A stretch of 64,000 nucleotides of DNA from an uncultured delta proteobacterium (GTDB lineage: Bacteria; Myxococcota_A; Polyangia; Fen-1088). A program made the translations under genes and the position numbers. The stretch is from assembly GCA_963796685.1 (NCBI GenBank), contig CAWCMR010000013.1, positions 384,001 to 448,000 on the forward strand. Direction: 5' to 3'. Positions 27,529 to 36,383 of this stretch are shown here, in pieces. The notes under the pieces were generated by a model. The model had not been told where the DNA came from, did not search any database, and was given only the letters and a program-made list of their open reading frames with translations. Position 1 is the stretch's first letter, and every line of letters starts with the position of its first letter.

Positions 27529-28211
27529 GGCGCGTTCTGGTTCTGGTCGAAGGACAGACCGAAGAGACCTTCTTCAATGGCGTGATTCGCCCACACCTGA
27601 CTGCTCTCGGGATCGACGCGAACTGCACCCGCATATGCACCCAGCGCGAGCAAGGCCGGCGCACGTTCCGTGGCGGCCACGGTCACAAGTGGGGTCACAT
27701 CGAACGCGATATCCGGCTGCTGCTTGGTAGCAAGCCCGATCGTGTCAGCACCTTGATCGACCTTTACGCCTTTCCGCGCGACATGCCGGGCTTTCCCAGC
27801 CCGTGGCCCAACACAACCCAAGACCGGGTGGCCGTGCTTAGCGCGGCGTTCGCGGCGGCCATAGACGACGTGCGCTTCCTTCCCGGCCTGCTGGTACACG
27901 AATTCGAAGGTTTGCTCTTCTCCGATGTCGACAAGCTCGTCGACGTAGTCAGCCTGGTCGCGGGGGAAGCCGCCCAGGCGAAGCCCGCGCTGCAGGCCGT
28001 GCGCGATCGGTTCGGCACACCCGAGGACATCGATGATGGGGTCGACACCGCTCCTTCGAAAAGAATCCTGGAGATCGTCGGGACCTACGCCAAGGTCAGC
28101 CACGGGCCGAGGATCGCCCAGGCCATCGGCCTTCCGAGCCTGCGCCAAGCTTGCCCCCATTTTGACGGCTGGCTCCAGCGGCTGGAGAAGATCGGAACGT
28201 CGGAAGACTAG
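27525..28211 (+). CDS. DUF4276-family (TOPRIM-like) protein
   Basis: VLVLVEGQTEETF; STLIDLY; VHEFEGLLFSD; PEDIDDG..TAPSKRI; CPHFDGWL; GTGA-coupled to the ATPase. Confidence 0.88.
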   Translation: MRRVLVLVEGQTEETFFNGVIRPHLTALGIDANCTRICTQREQGRRTFRGGHGHKWGHIERDIRLLLGSKPDRVSTLIDLYAFPRDMPGFPSPWPNTTQDRVAVLSAAFAAAIDDVRFLPGLLVHEFEGLLFSDVDKLVDVVSLVAGEAAQAKPALQAVRDRFGTPEDIDDGVDTAPSKRILEIVGTYAKVSHGPRIAQAIGLPSLRQACPHFDGWLQRLEKIGTSED

Positions 28212-28322
28212 TCGGCTGGGCGAGCGTGGAGTTCGCGCGGGCAGCGGTCGAAAAGTGTGGGACGGCACGCATTCGATCCGCGATGTCACGACGAGACCTC
28301 GCAGATTCGAGTCCTGAAGGAC

Positions 28323-28784
28323 CTATCGCTCTCCAGCCAGCGGGGATGTCTCAACGTGTTCTGGTTGTGCCTTGCGCCTTCCCGCCCAAAACATGGCCCA
28401 TCCATCGGCTACAAAAAGCGCGGCCACGAGCATGGGCCCCATCTGGGACCACTCGATATTGAGTCCATGAGAAGTCGGCACAGAGTGAAAATGCGCGACC
28501 GCATCCCATGTCTGGCCAAGCCCGAAGAACATGGCGACGCCACCGTAGAATCGCTTCTCCGTCCTTCTCAGTCGCCCGACGAGGAGAGCCGCGCCGACCA
28601 CGAGGAAAAACAGAGCGAACCTTCCACCGCCTACTTGGCCAAGTGTGTCTTTGATACTCCGGAGGATGTAGAACGCAAACAGACTGCCAATCACAACAAC
28701 GATCAGGATCGTCGCGATTCGGTCACATTTCGACTTCGAAGACCAACCATTCGATTTCCCCATGTCATCACCTCTGTTGATCAT
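28323..28784 (-). CDS. Hypothetical multi-pass membrane protein
   Basis: About four hydrophobic helices. Confidence 0.6.
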   Translation of the reverse strand: MINRGDDMGKSNGWSSKSKCDRIATILIVVVIGSLFAFYILRSIKDTLGQVGGGRFALFFLVVGAALLVGRLRRTEKRFYGGVAMFFGLGQTWDAVAHFHSVPTSHGLNIEWSQMGPMLVAALFVADGWAMFWAGRRKAQPEHVETSPLAGER

Positions 28785-28799
28785 ATCATCCCCCCATGC

Positions 28800-30491
28800 C
28801 TACTTTGGCGTCAGCTTCATGACCGTACCATCTCCGTAATTCGTCCAGTAGACACTTGTCGCATCAGCGGCAATGTCGTGGGGCTGGTTCTGACCGGATG
28901 CAAGAGTTGTCGGAGTGCCACCATCGATGGAAACCTTCATCACCGTGCCGCTGGACGTGTAGATCGTCCAGTAGACACTGCTGGGGTCCAAGGCGATGCC
29001 CTGGACGCCGGATTGCCCCGTCGCGAGTGTAGTAGGAGTACCTCCGCTGGTCGCCACCTTCATCACCGTGCCGTCGCCGTTTATCCAGTAGACGCTGGTA
29101 CTGTCTACGGCTAGCGCGACTGGCGTGTTCTGGCCCGATGCAAGAGTTGTCGGGGTGCCGCCGCCAATCGGCACCTTCATCACGGTGCCCGCTGAACCGG
29201 AGCTCGTGTTGTTCGCCCAATACACGTTCGCAGCATCAACGGCTACGCCCTGGGGGGCGGTTTGGCCCGAAGCGAGGGTAGTGGCTGTGCCACCGCCAAT
29301 GGGCACTTTCATCACCGTGCCTTGCGATGGGACGCCTGTTTGAAAACCAGTCCAGTAGACGCTCTTTGCGTCAACGACAATGTAGTTGGGGGAGTACGAG
29401 GAAGCTATCTGCGTCGCGGATCCGCCGCCAACTGGCACCATTTGCACCTGACCAGATTCATACATCGTAAAGTAAACGTTTGAGGCATAAACGGCGATTC
29501 GATAGGGGGGGAAGCTCTGTCCACCTTTGAAGGATGTCCCCGTGAGGGCCGTCGAAGCGCCGCCAGCGATTGGCACCTCCATTACTGTGTCATTAGTGCA
29601 AGTCGTAGAAAGGTCCGCGTTCTTGGTACACGTCCCCTCGGTAGTCCAGTAGACATTCGCGCTGTCAACGGCAATGCCAAAGGGGCCGACTTGGCCTGAA
29701 GCCAGGGTCGTAAGGGTGCGCCCACCGCCAGTACCCGTCGCGCCACCCGACCCCACCATCCCGCCAGTGCTTGTGGTTCCGCCCATACCCACCACTGTTC
29801 CACCGGTGCCCGAGGCCCCACCCGTGCCCGGTGGACCATCTGGAACAACATCGGCGACGTAGAGTGCATCGGGTGTTGCCATATCCACTGCTGACTCAAC
29901 CTGGGAGTCGGTGTCCCTGCCAGCTTCGAAGGCGGCCCTATCGATGAATGAATCGACAACATCAATAGCATCCACCCCCCTAAGGTCCGCCATCGTAGCG
30001 TCCGGAGCGCCCGCATCGACCTGTGGACCCTCAGCCTGGCAGAGGAAGTCGCAGCCATCGAAGGAGAACTCGTTGCCATCGTCGCAGCTCTCGCCTGGAT
30101 CTATGCCGCCGTTCCCGCACACGGATGCCCCGGCAACCAGGCTGACCGAGGCGGTCGCGGTGCCTCCAACCACGATGACGGCCCGGGCGGTGCCATGTGA
30201 CACGCTGGTTCCGGTGTAGTCGAGACCATCGAACGCCAAGTCGAGTCTTCCCGTGCGAGATCGCGGCACGACGATCACCAGGGACGAGGAGGCAGGAATC
30301 GGGCTCGATGAAGGCGTGGCTGAATAGGTCTTGGTGTCCTGCGCCTGCGCGGTGGACATGGCAACGCGGAGTGAATAGACCGATTGCACGTTCGAGTCGA
30401 TGGATACGTTCACCAGCACCACCGAATCCGACTGTTTGCACGCGGAAAGACCCACCAGAAAAGCGGTGACGAGAAGCAGCCGCGTCTTCAT
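28800..30491 (-). CDS. Lipoprotein with myxobacterial Cys-rich repeat, Gly/Thr linker and beta-propeller repeats
   Basis: MKTRLLLVTAFLVGLSAC; CGNGGIDPGESCDDGN..DGCD; tandem TVMKVPIGGGTPTTLASGQ..P..IAVD..VYW units. Confidence 0.88.
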   Translation of the reverse strand: MKTRLLLVTAFLVGLSACKQSDSVVLVNVSIDSNVQSVYSLRVAMSTAQAQDTKTYSATPSSSPIPASSSLVIVVPRSRTGRLDLAFDGLDYTGTSVSHGTARAVIVVGGTATASVSLVAGASVCGNGGIDPGESCDDGNEFSFDGCDFLCQAEGPQVDAGAPDATMADLRGVDAIDVVDSFIDRAAFEAGRDTDSQVESAVDMATPDALYVADVVPDGPPGTGGASGTGGTVVGMGGTTSTGGMVGSGGATGTGGGRTLTTLASGQVGPFGIAVDSANVYWTTEGTCTKNADLSTTCTNDTVMEVPIAGGASTALTGTSFKGGQSFPPYRIAVYASNVYFTMYESGQVQMVPVGGGSATQIASSYSPNYIVVDAKSVYWTGFQTGVPSQGTVMKVPIGGGTATTLASGQTAPQGVAVDAANVYWANNTSSGSAGTVMKVPIGGGTPTTLASGQNTPVALAVDSTSVYWINGDGTVMKVATSGGTPTTLATGQSGVQGIALDPSSVYWTIYTSSGTVMKVSIDGGTPTTLASGQNQPHDIAADATSVYWTNYGDGTVMKLTPK

Positions 30492-31189
30492 GGTAAGGCC
30501 CTCTGCGAACCCAAGGTGGAGCCTGGGATCTTCGTGGGATCGCGCTCGGCCATGATGATGACCACCGTGGCGGTGCCCGCGGCCACAGCCCCCACGGCGG
30601 TCCAGAACCACCACCGCCTGTAGATGGGGCCGCTGGTCTCGGGTGCCGTTTCATCCTGCGCGCTGACATCGACGCCCGCCGCCGAAACAGAGGTCGCCGC
30701 AGTCTGAGCCGCCACCTTCTGCTGCGCCTCGGGCGAGACGGGTGATGGCTGAAGCTTGGTGGCGCTCGAGCTCGCGATGGATGCGCTCTCGGCGTCGCGG
30801 ATGGCTTCGAGCTCCGAGATCCGCTTCTCGACTTCCTCACGGTTCTTGGCGTCGGGGGCGCGGCGCAGATAGGATTGATAGAAGGTGATGGCCTCATCAG
30901 CGTGCCCGAGCTTCCGATGGCACTGGGCGATGTTGTAGAGGAAGACCGGGTCGGGCTTGTTGCGGTAGGCTTCCTTGAACTCGGTTAGCGCGGGCTCGTA
31001 CTCGGACAGGTCGAAGTGGCGAACTCCGGCCTCGTAGTGCATTTTTGCGGCTGGCGCGTCGTCCTCGGCGAAAGCCGTCGCGGGGAACGATGCGACCGAC
31101 AGCGCAAGCGCCACGACAGCCGCCATGTGACTGTGCCACCAATGCCCATTCGACGTTTCCATTTGCCTCCAGGGATGGGGCAGCACCAT
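30488..31189 (-). CDS. TPR protein with C-terminal membrane segment (start uncertain)
   Basis: AKMHYEAGVRHF..YEPALTEFKEAY..FLYNIAQCHRKLG; PIYRRWWFWTAVG. Confidence 0.85.
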   Translation of the reverse strand: MVLPHPWRQMETSNGHWWHSHMAAVVALALSVASFPATAFAEDDAPAAKMHYEAGVRHFDLSEYEPALTEFKEAYRNKPDPVFLYNIAQCHRKLGHADEAITFYQSYLRRAPDAKNREEVEKRISELEAIRDAESASIASSSATKLQPSPVSPEAQQKVAAQTAATSVSAAGVDVSAQDETAPETSGPIYRRWWFWTAVGAVAAGTATVVIIMAERDPTKIPGSTLGSQRALP

Positions 31190-31261
31190 CGACCGATGCG
31201 CCCGATCACGTCATGATTACAAGCCCATCTCTACCGAGCGTCAAGGCCTCCGTTGCCACCA

Positions 31262-31445
31262 TGATCCGTGATAGCCGCAGAAGGTCGTGGTCGGTTGTAA
31301 TTGCTGTCGGCCACGGCCACGGCCACGGTAAGCCGTCTACGTCTACGACCACCCGTCATCGCTCCGATTAGGTGCGTGCATCTGTTGTGGAAAGGTGTCT
31401 TCTTCTGGTACCTTCCCCGCTGTCACTCTTCTTGTCGCGGGATTG
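31262..31445. repeat. MITE-like repeat, copy 2 (degenerate, same orientation as copy 1)
   Basis: Shares GGCCACGGCCACGGCCACGGTAAGCCGTCTAC, CCGTCATCGCTCCGATT and CTCTTCTTGTCGCGGGATT with 26039-26242. Confidence 0.8.
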
Positions 31446-31472
31446 CGTTACCACCCCGACTTGATCACGTTC

Positions 31473-33629
31473 TCATAATCTCACCGCCGAGATGACGCCG
31501 TCGATGCCCTGGATGGCGCGCAGGACCTTCAGCAGCTGGTCGACGTGGCTGACCGTGACCTGGAAGGTGTTGAGACCACGATTGTCCTCGGTGGCGCGGC
31601 ACTTGGCCTGCGCGATGTTCACCCCGTGCTCCATGAAGCACTTGGAAAGTGCCGCCAGGATGCCGGGTTTGTCCTCGGAGATGACCTCCACGGCAACGGG
31701 TCGTAGCAAGCGGGTCTCCTCGTCCCAGCTGACGTCGACGCTGCGAGCCGGGTCCAAGTTGAAGGCCTTCGGGCACTGACGGGTATGAACGATTACCCCT
31801 CTCCCCCGGCTGATGAAGGCCACGATGGCGTCGCCGGGAACCGGGCTGCAGCACTTGGCAAAGCGAACCACGATGTCGGCTTCGCCCTGTACACGCACGC
31901 CTCCGACGGATTGCTTGGGCTCGCGTCTCGGCTGCGCACGTGCTTCCTCTTCGATGAGGGGAAGGTTGTCCGAGGTTGCGTCGGGCGTCTGCAACTGGGG
32001 ATAGATGGCCAGCGCGGCGGCCTCGGGCGCAAGCTTGCCGTAGCCGACGTGAACGAAGATCTCCTCGGCCGTGCCCAGATGCAAAGCCTCTGCCGCCTTG
32101 TCGAGCAGCTTGTCCTTCTCGGCCACCGCCAGAGAGCGCTGATGGTTGCGCAGGGCCTTGGTAAGCAGGTCGCGGCCGAGTCGGCGGCTGCGTTCGCGCT
32201 GCTCCCTGCGCAGGTGGTGGCGAATCTTGGTCTGCGCGCGGCTGGTGACGACGAACTTGATCCAGTCCTTCGACGGCCGCTGCGTGGGCGAGGTGATGAT
32301 GTCGATGATGTCGCCGTTGCGCAGCAGATAGCGCAGCGGAACCATCATCCCGTTGACGCGCGCGCCGGAACAGTGGTCCCCGATCTTCGAGTGCACGGCG
32401 TAGGCGAAGTCGATGGGCGTGGCACCCTTGGGCAGGGCCTTGACGTCGCCCTTGGGTGTGAAGACGAAGACCTCTTCCTCGAAAAGATCGATTTTCACCG
32501 TCTGGATGAATTCGGCCGGGTCCTTGAGGTCGCGCTGCCATTCCATCAACTGGTGCAGCCAGGCGAAGGTCTTGCGATCCTCGGAGCCGACAGGCAACTT
32601 CTCCTTGTACTGCCAGTGCGCCGCGATGCCCTCCTCGGCTGTCCGGTGCATGGCGTGGGTGCGGATCTGGACCTCCATGCGTTCCGAGCCCGGTCCAATC
32701 ACCGTCGTGTGCAGGGACTGGTAGAGGTTGGGCTTGGGCAGTGCGATGTAGTCCTTGAATCGACCAGGTACCGGTGTCCAGTTCGAGTGAATCGCGCCCA
32801 GGACCCCGTAGCAGTCGCGAACGCTGTCCGTGATGATGCGAAACGCGATGATGTCGTAGACCTGTTCGAGGTCGCGCCCGGTTCGCTTCATCTTCTGGTG
32901 GATGGACCAGTAGCCCTTGGCGCGCCCGCTGACCTGGCCTTTGATGTCGTTCTCGGCCAGCACCTCGGAAAGCTTGGAGCAAACTTCTTGAATGTAGGCG
33001 CCGCGTTCGGCTTCCGTCCCCTCCATCTGGGAACGCAAATTTTCCCATTCCTGCGGCTCGAGGTATTTGAAGGCCAGGTCTTCGAGCTCGACCTTCATCC
33101 ACTGGATACCGAGCCGGTTGGCGATGGGAGCGTAGATTTCGCGCGTCTCGCGGGCGATGCGCTCCTGCTTGTCGCGCGACATGAACTGCAGGGTGCGCAT
33201 GTTGTGCACCCGATCCGCGAGCTTGACCAGGATCACCCGGATGTCGCGTGCCATGGCCAGGAGCATCTTGCGGAAATTCTCGGCCTGCCTTTCCTCACGC
33301 GTGGTCCAGGGGATTTGGCCCAGCTTGGTCACGCCCTCGACGATGCGCTGAATCTCCTCGCCGAACTTGTCGCGGATGTCCTCGGGCGTGGCGGTGGTGT
33401 CCTCGACACAGTCGTGCAAGATGCCCGCACAGATCGACGGCACGTCGAGGTTGAGATCGGCGATGATCTTGGCCACGCTCATGGGGTGAACCAGATACGG
33501 TTCGCCCGATTTGCGAAACTGCCCGGCGTGGCTCTCGGCCGCGTAGGCGTAACTGCGGCGAAGCAAATCCAGATCGGCCTTGGGGTTTCGCTCCAGGATC
33601 GATTCGCAGAGGGTGTCGATGGTCCCCAT
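31473..33629 (-). CDS. relA: RelA/SpoT (p)ppGpp synthetase/hydrolase
   Basis: RKSGEPYLVHP; ILHDCVED (intact HD); VKLADRVHNMRT; KDYIALPKPNLYQSLHT; TGS, CC and ACT domains. Confidence 0.95.
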   Translation of the reverse strand: MGTIDTLCESILERNPKADLDLLRRSYAYAAESHAGQFRKSGEPYLVHPMSVAKIIADLNLDVPSICAGILHDCVEDTTATPEDIRDKFGEEIQRIVEGVTKLGQIPWTTREERQAENFRKMLLAMARDIRVILVKLADRVHNMRTLQFMSRDKQERIARETREIYAPIANRLGIQWMKVELEDLAFKYLEPQEWENLRSQMEGTEAERGAYIQEVCSKLSEVLAENDIKGQVSGRAKGYWSIHQKMKRTGRDLEQVYDIIAFRIITDSVRDCYGVLGAIHSNWTPVPGRFKDYIALPKPNLYQSLHTTVIGPGSERMEVQIRTHAMHRTAEEGIAAHWQYKEKLPVGSEDRKTFAWLHQLMEWQRDLKDPAEFIQTVKIDLFEEEVFVFTPKGDVKALPKGATPIDFAYAVHSKIGDHCSGARVNGMMVPLRYLLRNGDIIDIITSPTQRPSKDWIKFVVTSRAQTKIRHHLRREQRERSRRLGRDLLTKALRNHQRSLAVAEKDKLLDKAAEALHLGTAEEIFVHVGYGKLAPEAAALAIYPQLQTPDATSDNLPLIEEEARAQPRREPKQSVGGVRVQGEADIVVRFAKCCSPVPGDAIVAFISRGRGVIVHTRQCPKAFNLDPARSVDVSWDEETRLLRPVAVEVISEDKPGILAALSKCFMEHGVNIAQAKCRATEDNRGLNTFQVTVSHVDQLLKVLRAIQGIDGVISAVRL

Positions 33630-34273
33630 CACGCGCCTGATGGCCTGCGGGCCGCCGCTTCGGCCAAGAGTGCCTGAGCCACGTTCTCTCGCCGGGCGCG
33701 CGTGGCGCGGGCGGCAACGAAGATGGAACGCAGCTGATCGTAGGCCCGCGAAAGGTCGTCGTTCACCACGAGGTAGTCGTACTCGCCGTAGTGTTCGAGC
33801 TCCTTGCAGGCCATGGCGAGACGGCGCTCGATGACGTCCGGCGCATCGGTGGCGCGCCGGCGCAGACGACTTTCCAGCTCTTCCATGGAGGGTGGCAGAA
33901 TGAAGCACAGCACGCTGTCATCGGGCCACAGGCGGCGAATCTGTCTGCCCCCCTGGTAGTCCACATCGAACAGGCAGTCGATGCCACCCGCGATGCATTG
34001 CTGCACGGTCGCGATGCTGGTGCCGTAGCGGTTGCCATGTACCACCGCCCATTCCGCGAATTCCCGGTTCGCCACCATCTGGTCGAAGCATTCGCTGCTG
34101 ACGAAGCAGTAGTCCTTGCCTTCGACCTCGCCGGTGCGTGGGCTGCGCGTGGTGTACGAAACCGAAAAACGGATGTCGAATTCGGCGGCCAGCCGACGCG
34201 CCAGCGTGGTTTTGCCGGCCCCTGACGGTGACGAGATCACCAGGAGCAGGCCGCGTGAGACTTCTTTGGACAT
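33629..34273 (-). CDS. gmk: Guanylate kinase
   Basis: SSPSGAGKTT; SVSYTTRSPR; EWAVVHGNRYGT. Confidence 0.96.
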   Translation of the reverse strand: MSKEVSRGLLLVISSPSGAGKTTLARRLAAEFDIRFSVSYTTRSPRTGEVEGKDYCFVSSECFDQMVANREFAEWAVVHGNRYGTSIATVQQCIAGGIDCLFDVDYQGGRQIRRLWPDDSVLCFILPPSMEELESRLRRRATDAPDVIERRLAMACKELEHYGEYDYLVVNDDLSRAYDQLRSIFVAARATRARRENVAQALLAEAAARRPSGA

Positions 34274-34294
34274 TGCCGGGACTATACGCAGGTT

Positions 34295-35191
34295 CTACTC
34301 GATATTCTGCGCCTGCTCGCGCAGCTTCTCCAGCTCGGCTTTGCCGTCGATGACCAGGGCCGCGATGGCGGAGTCCTGGATCTTGCCGCCCAGGGTGTTG
34401 AGCTCCCGACCGATCTCCTGGGCCAGAAAGTCGATACGCCGTCCTGGTGCGTCCGCGCCCTTACCGCCGAGAAGCGTCGCAAGGTGATCGAAGTGGGCGC
34501 GCAAGCGCGCGATCTCCTCGCTCACATCGAGGCGGTCGGCGAGCAGCGCCACCTCCTGCGCCAGACGGGCGGGATCCAGGGCCGGATTTCCCGCGATCAG
34601 GGCGGCCAGGCGTTCCTCGAGTCGGCGAGCCGCGCGGCCGGGGACCAGCGCGGCGAGATCCGAGATCCTTTCGACGAGATTACCTAAGTTGGTCAGCCGC
34701 AGCCGGAGGTCGGCCGAGATGGCGGCGCCCTCGTGCTCGCGCATGGCACACAGGCTTTCGAGCGCGGTTGCGATGGCGGGCCGCAGAGACTGCCAGCTCG
34801 ATGGCGGAATCTCGTTCGCCGGTCCGGTTCCGGACGCGCCCATGAACGTTCCCACGGTACCGAGATCGAGCGGCCCGGGCAGTCCCATGTCCTGGCGAAG
34901 GGTATCGAGGACCGCGTGAACCTGGCGCACGCGCGTGGTGTCGAGCACCCCACCCTGCCCGCTCGCGGTTTCGTCGCGAAGGCTGATGGACACCGAGCCG
35001 CGAGCGAGCGTTTCGCGAACCATGCGCAGGATCTCGGTTTCGATTTCGGGCGCGAGTTGCGCGTCGTACGCGCGCAGCTTGACATCCAGGCCACGGTGAT
35101 TGAGCGAGCGAATCTCCACCCCCACCGTGCGTTGTCCAAGGACCGCGCGCGCCCGGCCGAATCCCGTCATGCTGACGACCTTGCGGCTCAT
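34295..35191 (-). CDS. YicC/YloC family endoribonuclease
   Basis: SMTGFG; EIRSLNHR; GRRIDFLAQEIGRELNT; EKLREQAQNIE; upstream of gmk. Confidence 0.93.
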   Translation of the reverse strand: MSRKVVSMTGFGRARAVLGQRTVGVEIRSLNHRGLDVKLRAYDAQLAPEIETEILRMVRETLARGSVSISLRDETASGQGGVLDTTRVRQVHAVLDTLRQDMGLPGPLDLGTVGTFMGASGTGPANEIPPSSWQSLRPAIATALESLCAMREHEGAAISADLRLRLTNLGNLVERISDLAALVPGRAARRLEERLAALIAGNPALDPARLAQEVALLADRLDVSEEIARLRAHFDHLATLLGGKGADAPGRRIDFLAQEIGRELNTLGGKIQDSAIAALVIDGKAELEKLREQAQNIE

Positions 35192-35240
35192 GACTTCAAC
35201 CTCTTGGCGGCGGCGATTCGGGGCATGGACTGGCGTCCTT

Positions 35241-36383
35241 CTAGCGTACTTTTTCGGACGATGTCATGGACTTCCTGGCGCTCTGCTTCGGTTCGGGTCG
35301 AGGTGGCGGCGCCTCGTCGGGAAACGGCAACCCGAAGAGCCCCGCGCCGTAGCGCGTATCCAGATAGAAGGGCTTGCCATGAGGGCGTGAAATGACGATA
35401 TGCCAAACTCCGGCCGCGTCCTTTTGGGTGGCCAGCGCGATGTTGCACTTCGACCTCGTCACCCTGCGCTTGCCCGGCCTGACCCCGGCTCCCGAAACCT
35501 CGACCGAGTCGGCCCGCGCGCGAGCCGTCGACCAAGATGCGGGCTCCAGTCGGTCGTCGGACAAGGCAAGCACGCTGGTGGTCGAGGTCGCATCGGTCAC
35601 CTGCAGGATCGGCCGCGCGAGAAACGACAATTGCACGCGCCGGACATCGCCGGGGATCGGCACTACCTTGCTCAGCGCCATGGTCGGGATGTCGAGGACG
35701 CGCAGGGAAAGCCCACGCAAGAGCGCCTCACGTCCCGGCAAGCGCACGAGCTTGCCGGCCAGCAGATAAGCCAGGCGCCGCCCGTCGGCGGAGACGGCGT
35801 AGGTCAGCACGCGGCCGTCCTCGGCGGTGACTTGCAGGTACCGCCCCGTCTCCGGAATCCAGACGAAGATCTCTTGGTTCAGCCCCAGCGCGAGAACCCC
35901 TGTTCCGGCGACGCTCAAGGGCGGCCTGGTCCTGGCCACGAAAAGGATGCCATCGCGCACGAGCTTGCCCCAGCTCGGCCCCGCCTCCGCCCGCGCGGCC
36001 TGCACCTTGGCGTAGACGCCCTGGTCCTGCAGGATGCCGAGGTCGGCTGCCTCCCCGACCTCCCGGCTCCACGGCACGAAGGCGCGACGAATGAGGTCGG
36101 CGGCTTCGTCGGCGGCCTCGGCGTAGCGCCCCTGGCGCGACAGGCTGCACGCGACGTTGAGCTGCGCGCTCAGAAAGTTGGAGTCGGCGGCGAGTGCGGC
36201 CCGATACTTCTTCCGTGCCTCGGCCCAGCGCTCCTGCCGGTAGAGCTGCTTGCCCTCGGCGTTGAGGCGCATGGCCTCCGCTGCGGGCAGCTTGGCCACG
36301 GCGGCAAGACCCGGCGTGTCCGGCACCGGCGCGTCGGTCGGGCAAGTCGCGGCGGAGAGGACGAACAGCAGCACGAGGCTCAC
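35241..36383 (-). CDS. Secreted TPR protein
   Basis: AMRLNAEGKQLY...AQLNVACSLS; GTGA overlap with the upstream SBP gene. Confidence 0.75.
   Translation of the reverse strand: MSLVLLFVLSAATCPTDAPVPDTPGLAAVAKLPAAEAMRLNAEGKQLYRQERWAEARKKYRAALAADSNFLSAQLNVACSLSRQGRYAEAADEAADLIRRAFVPWSREVGEAADLGILQDQGVYAKVQAARAEAGPSWGKLVRDGILFVARTRPPLSVAGTGVLALGLNQEIFVWIPETGRYLQVTAEDGRVLTYAVSADGRRLAYLLAGKLVRLPGREALLRGLSLRVLDIPTMALSKVVPIPGDVRRVQLSFLARPILQVTDATSTTSVLALSDDRLEPASWSTARARADSVEVSGAGVRPGKRRVTRSKCNIALATQKDAAGVWHIVISRPHGKPFYLDTRYGAGLFGLPFPDEAPPPRPEPKQSARKSMTSSEKVR

Noticed and set aside
28860-29720. Tandem ~120-bp DNA repeats as a non-coding array
   Set aside because: They are in-frame beta-propeller repeats of the 28800-30491 lipoprotein.
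31785-33677. Long plus-strand ORF (630 aa) and similar ORFs at 11230-12651, 15837-17384, 39094-40749, 51953-53701 and 59086-60486
   Set aside because: Antisense shadows of better-supported genes in high-GC DNA, with no recognisable motifs.
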